Shown: one piece after another, positions 40,695 through 50,717 of the stretch
How the letters are laid out: each line of letters opens with the position of its first letter
Numbering within the stretch: the stretch's first letter is position 1
Source: Bispira polyomma
Taxonomy: Eukaryota
Assembly: GCA_965649765.1 (NCBI GenBank)
Contig: OZ287749.1
Span: 72,540,001 to 72,604,000 of the forward strand
DNA length: 64,000 nt
Reading direction: 5' to 3'
Notes under the pieces: model-generated
Told to the model about the DNA's origin: nothing
What the model saw: only the letters and a program-made list of their open reading frames with translations
The model's database searches: none
Position numbers and translations under genes: made by a program

Positions 40695-43151
40695 AATTGT
40701 ATATCACACTTTTGCTAACATTCAAGCCAGCGTGCACTGGAGGACAGACTGGGCTCGGTTCAAAAAGAAATCCTACGCGGACATTTTAAAAAATGGTAAA
40801 TCAAAACAAAATCAGGAAAAACACATGTCCCCCAGTGCACATGGCTCAGATACTAACCAAAATGTGAAATTTCCAATGTGTAATGTAACAATGAAAAACA
40901 CTACTGTTTTACAAAACAGTATTAATCATGCATGTTTTACCAACCTTTCAGGACAGTCTGTCAGCAAACAGGTAACCAAAGTGGTTGTTAGGGGTAAATC
41001 ACGTACCATTGTCCCTTCCCCTAGAATTGGTGTGAAACCTGTTAGTATGGGAAAAGCAACAAAAACTCGCAGTAATGGGGATGGGGGAAAAGGTGTGAAA
41101 ACACACTATTATACAAAGCCTCCTCCTCCTGTTTCACACCTGCGAGAAGGTGCCAAAGATTTTGTCCCCACATACAATAGGTTCTCCCCTCTTTCTGTGG
41201 GTCATGGTGTAATTGACAATGGGATTATTCCCATAACAAACCTCTTGATACTGGGAAAGAAACAAAAGGCTTCAGCGAAGGCAAAAGTAAGGGCTCACCC
41301 ACAACTCCCATAGGTAAAACAAGTACACTGGAGGCTGACAAATACGATCTAGAACTCTAACTTAGACCTAAACACAGGGACCTTATAAGGGATGCCCATA
41401 ATGTCCCCATATTCCAGCAATGGAATTCACAGACAACAGACAAGTATGGCTTTGTTCCATTAGGTGAAATTGAAGTTCCTCAGTCAGACAAAAGGGTTAC
41501 CTCACAGGCTACATTAATTGAGTTACATACTATTATCAGTGCAGCTAAGTGTCCCAACTTTATAGGCCCTCAAATCGAGATCAAGTCAGAACTTAAACCT
41601 GATGTCTGGGAAAAATACCTCAAAAAATATAATTATTGGGATTCCCAACTACCCTTTTTAGTCAGATATGGTTTCCCCATGGCCTTTAAGCGGGACAGTC
41701 CTCTCTCCAATGTAGACCAAAACCACAGCTCAGCGGTAGATTTCCCTAGTGACATTGAGGCCTATTTGAAAGAGGAAATTAAATTTGGGGCTATGTTAGG
41801 GCCGTTTGATAATGCTCCCATACAGAACCTCCATGTGTCCCCATTTATGACGAGGGAAAAACCGGGGGCCCCTCACAGGCGTGTTATTATTGCCTTAAGT
41901 TATCCACACGGTGAGTCAGTTAATACTGCTGTAGCAAAGGACAGATATTTAAACACACCTTTTGTACTCACACTTCCAACGATTGACACAGTAACCAGCA
42001 AAATTCGGCGCCTGGGTCGTGGTACTCACATATATAAGATTGACGTCAGTCGGGCGTTCCGTCACGTAAAGATGGACCCCGCTGACTATCACCTGCTAGG
42101 CCTCAAATTTGACAAATACTATGTAGACTCTTGCCTCCCCTTCGGATTTCGTCATGGGAGCGCCATTTTTCAACGCCTCAGCGACCACGTCAGATACATT
42201 ATGAAATCCCAGGGTTATGATGTCACTAACTACATAGACGACGTAATCGGTTATGGTAACGCCCAAGACAGCAGACGTTCATTTGATACATTGCACCACT
42301 TGCTACAAGAACTAGGTTTTGCAATAAGTGAAAAGAAACTAGTATATCCTGGTACAAAAGTTACATGTCTCGGGGTCTTGGTAGACACGGAAAACTTTAC
42401 TGTATCACTGCCCCAAGAAAAACTAGCAGAAACCATCTCCCTAGTTAAAGATTGGCAGAAAAAACCAAGTTATACCAAACGGGAACTCCAATCACTTCTA
42501 GGTAAACTACTGTACGTTTCAAAATGTGTCAGAGTATCACTTGTCTTCATAAACCATATGTTAGACGTCCTTAGAGTAGCAGGTAATAGCAAAAAAATCA
42601 CACTCACAACTGAATTTAGACAAGATATCAATTGGTTCAATAAATTTCTGCCTGTGTTCAATGGCACTGCATTCTTCGACCATGACCCAACCACTGACTG
42701 CATCCAATTGGATGCTTGTCTTGAAGGACTCGGGGGCAGGTGTAATGACCAAGTATATGAGTAGTCTCTTCCCCTGGGCTACCTTGACCTTACTATTGTG
42801 CATTTAGAAATGCTCAACATATTAGTAGCTGTACGGGTCTGGAAGTCCCTATGGGCAGGCAAAAGACTGGCAATTCAGTGTGATAATGCAGCAGTCGTAA
42901 CAATCTTGGGTTCGGGTAGAACTAAAGACTTAACATTGGCAGCTATAGCCAAAAACATCTTTATGGAAATAGCTGCTGTTGACATCAGCTTAAGAAGCAT
43001 TCACATTCTAGGTAGAGATAATCATGTGGCAGATTTGCTGTCTAGATGGAAACTGACCCAGGATAGAAATAAAAAACTTACAAGCCTAGTCCCTAATCCA
43101 CAATGGGTAAAAGTCAGTAATAGTATGCTTAAAATAGATTGGTCTATCTAA
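40648..43151 (+). pseudogene. pol: pol (reverse transcriptase + RNase H) of the Ngaro-type element, disrupted
   Basis: RT motifs KIDVSRAFR, LPFG and YIDD (42231-42242); RNase H motifs DAC..GLGG, HLEMLNILVA, CDN and NHVADLLSR. In-frame stops at 41358 and 42762, plus a frameshift relative to 40648..41313. Confidence 0.92.
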
Positions 43152-43158
43152 TTGTAGA

Positions 43159-44145
43159 TGTGCCCTCTCACCTCAGATAGCCACGCAAGCATCACACAGG
43201 GCTCACCAGGCCTTCAGACCCTCCACTGACAAAGCCTACTCCAACATGTTTAGAATATTCCTAGCTTACTGCTGTTTTGCACATATAAATACCAATCTTA
43301 TTTCCCCACTTGTATTATTATCATTTTTGGAAGTGTTAGTGGTTAACCACGCTTCTGCTTCCTCCATTTCCAACTACCTTTCTGCAATTAAAGCCAAGAT
43401 GGCATTATTCGGCCTAAACATTTCTGCTTTCTCTAACTCCAGAATCAGGTATTACCAAAAATCACTCTTGCTTAATAGCCCCTTCAGGGCCAAAATAAAA
43501 AGAATTATTGATATACCCCTTCTTACCCAAATCATCCAATCCTGTGACACAATGTACATGGGTCAGGTTTTTAAGGCATTATATTTGACAGCATTCTTCT
43601 CTTTCCTCAGGATCTCTAACCTGGTTCCCCATGCAGCTTCACATTTTTCTCCCCTAGTTCAATTAGCCAGAGGTGACGTCATTTTCGCACCTCCTGGCCT
43701 CCACCTCATAATAAAGTGGACTAAGACACTGCAGTCCAAAAATGCTGCCAAGGTAATAAAAATTCCTACCTTACTTTCCTCCCCACTCTACCCAGTTTCA
43801 GCAGTTAGGGCCTTGCTAGCCATTACACCAGGCCATAGAGACTCCCCTCTTTTCCAGTTTAAGAAGAACTTTACCTGGATACCATTGACTGATACTCGAG
43901 TTCGAGCCAACCTATCGAGCATACTCCAGCGCTTGGGACTACAACATTCTAATATTACCTTCCATACCTTCCGACGTTCTGGTACCACCCTCGCTTTCAA
44001 CAGTAATGTCCCTATTCAAGATATACAGAGTCATGGCACCTGGATGTTGGATTGCGTCTGGAAATATATAACCCAAGACCATAATGCCTCCCAGCAGGTG
44101 GCCTTGGCTTTCCAGACCCTCCTTTCACACTTCACTACCACCTAG
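43159..44145 (+). CDS. Tyrosine recombinase of the Ngaro-type element
   Basis: LRISN (catalytic R), KWTKT, HTFRRSG (HxxR), HGTW and terminal KYI. The frame is open upstream of ATG 43246 through ASHRAHQAFRPSTDKAY. Confidence 0.93.
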   Translation, partial: CALSPQIATQASHRAHQAFRPSTDKAYSNMFRIFLAYCCFAHINTNLISPLVLLSFLEVLVVNHASASSISNYLSAIKAKMALFGLNISAFSNSRIRYYQKSLLLNSPFRAKIKRIIDIPLLTQIIQSCDTMYMGQVFKALYLTAFFSFLRISNLVPHAASHFSPLVQLARGDVIFAPPGLHLIIKWTKTLQSKNAAKVIKIPTLLSSPLYPVSAVRALLAITPGHRDSPLFQFKKNFTWIPLTDTRVRANLSSILQRLGLQHSNITFHTFRRSGTTLAFNSNVPIQDIQSHGTWMLDCVWKYITQDHNASQQVALAFQTLLSHFTTT

Positions 44146-44151
44146 TTGGGC

Positions 44152-44630
44152 TTTGGGGTTCTTTATTTACATTTTTTCCTTACTATATATTATACAACTG
44201 TTAAATGTCTAAATAATAAATGTGTGGGGCCACCTTACCACTCTACTTTTAAACCTTGAACTTAATTCACAACTTGTTATCAAATCTTAAGGGTAACCTT
44301 AACAAAAAGTTAAGGTCACCTTAAATTCAAAATCTTACACACTTTAAGGTAGCCTCATTGTAAAGTTAAGGCTACCTTACTTTTTCCAAAATTTTATGGT
44401 CACCTTAAGTTGTTCACAATTTAAGGTCACCTTATCTTTAACTTAATCTCTCGGTGCCTTAATTTAAGGTCACCTTATCTCATCCACTTAAACTCGTAGT
44501 GCTAGGGTGGCCCCTTTACTCAGTATATGAATAAATGTTAGAGATTAATATAGTCATTAAAACTAATATCCCCACTTTGCCTCTTTTATTGTGTTCCAAA
44601 TCAACTCCCAACTTCACTGGTAGGGCACTG
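44152..44630 (+). repeat. Split direct repeat B1 (about 479 bp)
   Basis: Matches 45245-45723 with about 4 substitutions by eye; directly abuts A2. Confidence 0.95.
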
Positions 44631-44828
44631 TGCGGGGTAGACCCGCAGGGGCTAGCTAGATCAGTGCTGCCAGTAATTTGTTTAGTCCAGGGTCTTAACC
44701 CCTAAGCTAATTGGTGAACTTTGCACTAATTGACCCCTGTCTTCCCGCCGTTTTCGTGGGGATATCACTGTTAGTATTGAAGTCCAAAGGGCGACACCGT
44801 CATTTTTATTTTTTACTTTATTTTTGTT
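44631..44828 (+). repeat. Split direct repeat A2
   Basis: Copy of 39037-39234. Confidence 0.95.
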
Positions 44829-45244
44829 CCCTCCCACTCCCCTGCAGCACCCATTGATAGAGTTTTCTGTTATTAGTCTTTATGTATCATGTATATTTTG
44901 GTGTGTACGCTTATGTATTAATTATCACTATGTAACATAACCATGACTTCACACTAACTCTAAGTTATCTAGTTTCAGACACAAGATCGAGAATGGAAGG
45001 GCAATGCTACTTCCCAGACAAGACATGGCTGCACAGCAGAAAGCAATACATCCTTAGATCTACTCGATTTCTCGATTTTATTGTGCGATGTCTGTATAAT
45101 GTATTTGCAAACTATGGTTATTGTATATGCTAGGGGCATAAGGTCTGAGTGAGTTAAGATGCTGCTTCCTTGGACTCTTGATATTAGCAGTATTCTTAGG
45201 CTTTTAGCTAGAACCATAGTTTTTATCATATTATTTTATCCTCT

Positions 45245-45723
45245 TTTGGGGTTCTTTATTTACATTTATTCCTTACTGTATATTATACAACTGTTAAATG
45301 TCTAAATAATAAATGTGTGGGGCCACCTTACCACTCTACTTTTAAACCTTGAACTTAATTCACAACTTGTTATCAAATCTTAAGGGTAACCTTAACAAAA
45401 AGTTAAGGTCACCTTAAATTCAAAATCTTACACACTTTAAGGTAGCCTCATTGTAAAGTTAAGGCTACCTTACTTTTTCCAAAATTTTATGGTCACCTTA
45501 AGTTGTTCACAATTTAAAGTCACCTTATCTTTAACTTAATCTCTCGGTGCCTTAATTTAAGGTCACCTCATCTCATCCACTTAAACTCGTAGTGCTAGGG
45601 TGGCCCCTTTACTCAGTATATGAATAAATGTTAGAGATTAATATAGTCATTAAAACTAATATCCCCACTTTGCCTCTTTTATTGTGTTCCAAATCAACTC
45701 CCAACTTCACTGGTAGGGCACTG
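45245..45723 (+). repeat. Split direct repeat B2 (right end of the element)
   Basis: Copy of 44152-44630, ending tagggcactg. Confidence 0.95.
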
Positions 45724-46068
45724 CTTATTAAAATTTTAGAGAATGATTGCCTGGCCAGTGTTTAACAGTTAAATTACAAAAACGCTTTTAATGATATAAT
45801 AAAATAGAAGTAGATGAATGTGACATGTGTAACCTCATCGATCCTTTATAATACAAATTATTATAATATCAGACCAATAAAGACTCTGGCTTCTGAGGTC
45901 TTTACTTTAGCTGAACTGTTGAGTGTGCGACTTTTAATCCCAAGATCCACAAGGTCCACGGATTAAATCCCATCAGAAGCAAGTTTCTTTCTGAACTAAC
46001 ATTATTCATTACAGTTCCACCCTAGTGCACTTGGCACAGTCCATATATCTTAGTATTATTCATGACAG

Positions 46069-46288
46069 TTCCATCCTGGTGCAGACGAGGAAGAAGAAGT
46101 GGAAGAAGACACTTCAAATGAGGAAGAAAGTCTGGAACAACAAGAAGTAGCAGCAGCAAATGGTGAGAAAGAGGCCAACGCAGAACCGAGTGACTTTGAT
46201 GATGTCTCAAGCTATTTGCAGCAAAGTTCATATGGTGAGCAGCAACAAGCACGAGGTGACGGCTATGGAAGCATGCCATATGGACAAG
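46069..46288 (+). CDS. Host gene exon 5: FHPGADEEEEVEEDTSNEEESLEQQEV...GDGYGSMPYGQ
   Basis: Acceptor catgacag, donor G|gtaggc; same frame as ORF 46099..46362; phase 0 in, phase 1 out. Confidence 0.85.
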
Positions 46289-47003
46289 GTAGGCTTTTTC
46301 TGGACAGCTGTAGTTGTGGTGTATTAAATTTATTATTATGCATTTTTAACGTGCTTTATTGATGCTAGGCATCTTCTAAAGCACAATAGCAGAATCAGTG
46401 ATCCAATCGTAAAGTATGTGGGCATAGCAAGGTCGTAAAGGTAGGGGGATAACAGCTGGTTAATGAGAAAGCAACCGGACTGGGTGTTAACCCACCCCGT
46501 AGCATGCGGCGGCAAGGGGCGTAACTCCCTTTCGCTTTGCCGTAGCCGGTCTGACACACACGAAATGTCGATAGCTTACTGGTAGAAGTTATAATAGACC
46601 TCTGTGTACACACAAAAAAAAAACGATGGTATATAGACATTTGTATTGGTTTCATCAGAATCTATAATTATTGGCTAGTAGATAACAGGAAGATATTATA
46701 CATTTAAGAAAACAGAGAATAAATAGCTAGTTGTGCAATTACCGTTGGAAATATGGTAATATATTGTAAAAACCATGTCAGTTAATATTTTCCACTAAAT
46801 TAATTACTTCATTAATGGGAGCTTAATTTAGTTTAGAATATTGAGACTTGGTGCTACTTGTGAATTGCTATATTTAATATATATATAAATTTAGTTGTAC
46901 TGTCAAGTCAGTAGGCTATTATTATTATTAGAAATGTAAACTGAACTCTAATCCGAAAAACATGTGCATAAACATATGTTAGCTAAAGAAAAAAACAACA
47001 CTG

Positions 47004-47457
47004 GTTTTAATGACCACTTCAAATGACAGTGTTTTAGTGCTTTATGCTTGAACTTGTGTTCATTGAAGACCAAATCAATAGCACAATAAGGACATATTGT
47101 ACTTGTATTTTGTATCACCAATTAAATGCAATGATCAATTTAAATGATGTGACGTTTTAATGACCACTTCAAACGACAGTGTTTTAGTGCTTAATGCTTG
47201 CACTTGTGTTCATTGAAGACCAAATCAATAGCACAATAAGGACATATTGTACTTGTATTTTGTATCACCAATTAAATGCAATGATCAATTTAAATGATGT
47301 GACGTTTTAATGACCACTTCAAACGACAGTGTTTTAGTGCTTAATGCTTGCACTTGTGTTCATTGAAGACCAAATCAATAGCACAATAAGGACATATTGT
47401 ACTTATATATTGTATCACCAATTAAAGGCAATGATCAATTTAAATGATGTGACGTTT
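47004..47457. repeat. Tandem triplication, 150 bp unit
   Basis: ttttaatgaccacttcaaa at 47005, 47155 and 47305; near-identical copies; ends 8 nt before the exon 6 start. Confidence 0.97.
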
Positions 47458-47465
47458 CCCATCAG

Positions 47466-47579
47466 ATTACCCAGCATATGGTGACATAGATGGTGACGGC
47501 GCCAATGAGGATTATCTGGTACAGGATGTTATGGATATGATGGAGAAACATCCAGAGCTCTGGGCAAGGCTACTACAAG
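47466..47579 (+). CDS. Host gene exon 6: (D)YPAYGDIDGDGANEDYLVQDVMDMMEKHPELWARLLQ
   Basis: Acceptor tttcccatcag, donor G|gtagtt; phase 1 in, phase 1 out; open frame. Confidence 0.8.
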
Positions 47580-48265
47580 GTAGTTAGTGTTACATAGAAA
47601 TATCGAAAATTTGATGACATAGTTGAGTTGCTCGCTGAAGCCCATAAAAAACAAGCAAAACTGAAATGATTACCTATACATTTTTAGGGCTAAATAAAGA
47701 TTTTAAATCATTACTGGAAACTATGCTTTGATGTTTTTAAAACAAAGCTGAACAGATGATTGATATAGCCTATAAAAGTCTTGCATAACCCTGACATGCA
47801 ACAAATGGAAAATAGCACAAAATTGTCCAAAAGCATCTCAAATATTATTCTTTGTTTTCAGAAAATAAATAGATATTTGATAGTTTTTCTGTATTCTATA
47901 CCTTATTTAGTTACACAACTCCTGAGTGATTGCACAAGCACACCCACTTGGCTTTTAATGACTTCACTGGATAGGTAATTTGAGGATACGTTCCATGTGC
48001 TTATCTGACCAGGGGGAATTTGCATATAGCTCTCAGCTGGGCAATCTTGACTTTGGTGTATACTAAAGCATAAACAACTTCAGTTTAACAGTCCCTTTTT
48101 AGCTCATTTGTGGAATAATAAACCTCAGTAAAATGTGTTGCATAAAACTGGACTTAAATACAATTTTAAACCAAATAATCTTGTAAAACCTGTTATGCGA
48201 GCAGTTTAATCAGTGGATACATCTATGAAGTCATTTCTTCTACACAATATAAGATTCATTGAAAT

Positions 48266-48949
48266 ATGCATCATGCCAGCACACCCAAGTCTCAAAAGAG
48301 ACTGAACACTGATCTTGAGGTGAGTCCTGCAGGAATCTTCACCTTATCTGAAATGAGTAACCTCATGGATAGAAAGCTAGGGCCAATAATGGATAAGCTG
48401 AAAATTGTTGACAAGGCACTCCATCTTGAAACAAGAGTAACCGAGCTGGAAGAAGAAAACAAAGTACTTAAAGAGAAACTTGTAAAACAAGAGATCTACT
48501 CCAGAAAAGGTGTTTGGCATAAAAGAAAGTGATTGTGAAGGTAAACCTCTCGGCGCTCTTATAAAGTTTTGTCCCAACTTCAATGAACGCACATTTACAA
48601 GAGTCCATAGATTGGGGAAGAAGATCCGTGGCAAAGAAAGACCCATTATTGCAAGATTTCACCATTTCAAGGACAAAGTACAACTTCAAACCGTGACACA
48701 ATATATATACAAGGAGAAACAGGTTTCTATTATAGATGACTTCCCCCCAGAAATAGAGAATGCCAGAAAAATATTGCTACCTGTAGCTGCCAAATCATCA
48801 GCTAACCCAAAACCTGTATTAAAACCAAAGTTGATTGCTGACAAACTTTTTGTTCAGGGAGTGAAATACACTATGGAGAACTTGGACAAATACCCAAACA
48901 CTTAAGACCGGAAAGACTCAGTACCCCTTCAAAAGATGGGAAAACAGCT
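48266..48949 (+). pseudogene. L1-type ORF1p (coiled coil, RRM, CTD), two frameshifts
   Basis: LETRVTELEEENKVLKEKL..QEIYSRK, FGIKE, RVHRLG..RPIIARF..FKDK, IIDDFPPEI..ARK.L, KLIADKLFVQG; frameshifts near 48510 and 48891. Confidence 0.88.
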
Positions 48950-49426
48950 TTCTTTACAAAGAGTTCTCTACTCTCAAACCATTACCCATGCAAATTGAAG
49001 TGTAATGGTGAAAGTTATAACTGTGTTGAGCAATACTTTATGACCATGAAAGCAAGTGAATTTGGAGACCAAACCACAGTGCTCAAGCTGACAGCAGAAA
49101 AGGATCCAGTCAAGATGAAACAAGCGGGCAAATATATAACTGGCTTTAACAAGGAACTTTGGTATGGTGTGGCAGAAGAGAGGATGACTGTTGGTGTGCT
49201 CGCCAAGTTTTCCCAAAACCAAGACTTAAAGAACTTCCTTCTGGATAGTAAGGATAACTACATCCTTGAGGCAAGTCCTGACCGATTTTGGGGTGTAGGG
49301 AAAATGCTCAGGGACAAGGACCTGTGGCATGAAAAAAAGTGGACTGGCCGAAATGTTATGGGTAAAATACTGATGAAAGTACGGGACAGACTTAAAAGTG
49401 AGTTACCAACACAAACAGATAATTAA
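48950..49426 (+). CDS. NADAR / YbiA-like N-glycosidase domain, C-terminal part of ORF1
   Basis: FF...LSNHY, YNCVEQYFMTMKA, KQAGK, KFSQN..LK.FLL, LEASPDRFWGVG, WTGRNVMGKILMKVR. The frame is open from 48893 with no internal stop. Confidence 0.92.
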   Translation, partial: FFTKSSLLSNHYPCKLKCNGESYNCVEQYFMTMKASEFGDQTTVLKLTAEKDPVKMKQAGKYITGFNKELWYGVAEERMTVGVLAKFSQNQDLKNFLLDSKDNYILEASPDRFWGVGKMLRDKDLWHEKKWTGRNVMGKILMKVRDRLKSELPTQTDN

Positions 49427-49568
49427 CTAGCCTTTTTATAGGTGTATATCATAACTAATGATGTAACATAAAATTTGTTATCATATGAGTTACATCTTGC
49501 TTTATGTTTATGTTTTAATAATGGTGTCCTATACTTGACTTGTTCTTGAATTAAAATTGCTCATATTT

Positions 49569-50009
49569 TATGCGAGACTTGAACGCTGACTTTCATAAGT
49601 TAATAAATGTTTTACAATTTTAGAAGGTGTATCTTTTTAAATATGTTCATTTAAATTAGAGTATGTGAGACTAAAATATGTTCATTAATATGTTCATTTA
49701 AATTAGACTATGTGAGACTTGAATGCTGACTTTCATCAGTTAATAATTGTTTTACAATTTTAGAAGGTGTATCTTTTTAAATATGTTCATTTAAATTAGA
49801 ATATGAAATTTATAAAACCTAAATATGCTTACAAATGTTGTTACCCTAGGAGTCCAATTTAGCTTTATATAGGTTGTAATAAGTTGTGCAAAAAGGATAT
49901 TTGCTTTCTTTTTAGTCAAGAAATTGAAACTTTGTTCTCTGCATATACTTATTTGTGCAAAAAGGATATTTGCTTTATTTTTAGTCAATACGTTGAAACT
50001 TTGTTCTCT
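49569..50009. repeat. Two short duplications in the LINE inter-ORF spacer (140 bp and about 69 bp periods)
   Basis: gagacttgaa..gctgactttcat..tagaaggtgtatc near 49574 and 49714; ttgtgcaaaaaggatatttgcttt near 49884 and 49953. Confidence 0.9.
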
Positions 50010-50516
50010 TCCTGTACTGTGAAATCTCTGAATTTCAGTTAAATGTAAATATTGTTCCTTTGTTATATCATTTACTAATAAAAAAGATTAACGCAGCAAA
50101 TTCTCTTGATCAGATAAAATTTTAAAAAAGAGCAAGATGTTTTTGGGGTATAGTGTAGATTCTCAGATGGAAAACCCCCCACCTTGTTTAGGTGTTTAAT
50201 ATGTGGCCCAAAACTGACCACTACCATATGTAGGAACTTTTGTTGAAAAAGACAGAAGACAGAAATACTGTAGTAGTATAATTTTGGCTATAAAAAAAAA
50301 TCATCAATGTTCTGAATTTTTAAAAAAGGCAATTTTACCGAAATTCATTGTGCGGTTTATTGCGCACCAGGTCCTTACTGATTAGTACAAGCTTATTTTT
50401 GTCTGGATTGTTTTTGACTTTTATAGCTTATTTGAGAAGATGAATAAAATTGATCAGTGGGCAAAAAATGTCAATTTACAGTAATCCAAAGTACACTTGT
50501 GAAATTCTATTCCTCC

Positions 50517-50717
50517 ATTAGATTGACCATGAGAATATATTGTGCCATTCCACTCCTTTGTCCAAATACGTTCATCTGATTTCACAGAATGTGTTTCTTG
50601 TAGAAATATAATACCCTTATAGCTTTTTTTCAGCCAATTAAATATTAACAATCTCTTGTTTTTGTCTCTGAGTCCTCTACAGTTAAATGAAGTTAAATTT
50701 ATATCTTTCAAAATCAC
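50517..50717 (-). pseudogene. Inverted N-terminus of the LINE ORF2 APE endonuclease
   Basis: SFNCRGL..KR..IFNWL...IIFLQETH...IW..EW...YSHGQSN on the minus strand; the expected next residues SKGVAILI are on the plus strand at 51408. Confidence 0.92.

Larger units (their letters stand above)
39037..45723 (+). mobile_element. Ngaro-type (DIRS order) tyrosine-recombinase retrotransposon, structurally full length, disabled
   Basis: Order A1-gag-RT/RNaseH-YR-B1-A2-spacer-B2 with split direct repeats. No methyltransferase ORF and no obvious target-site duplication. Located in host intron 4. Confidence 0.92.
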
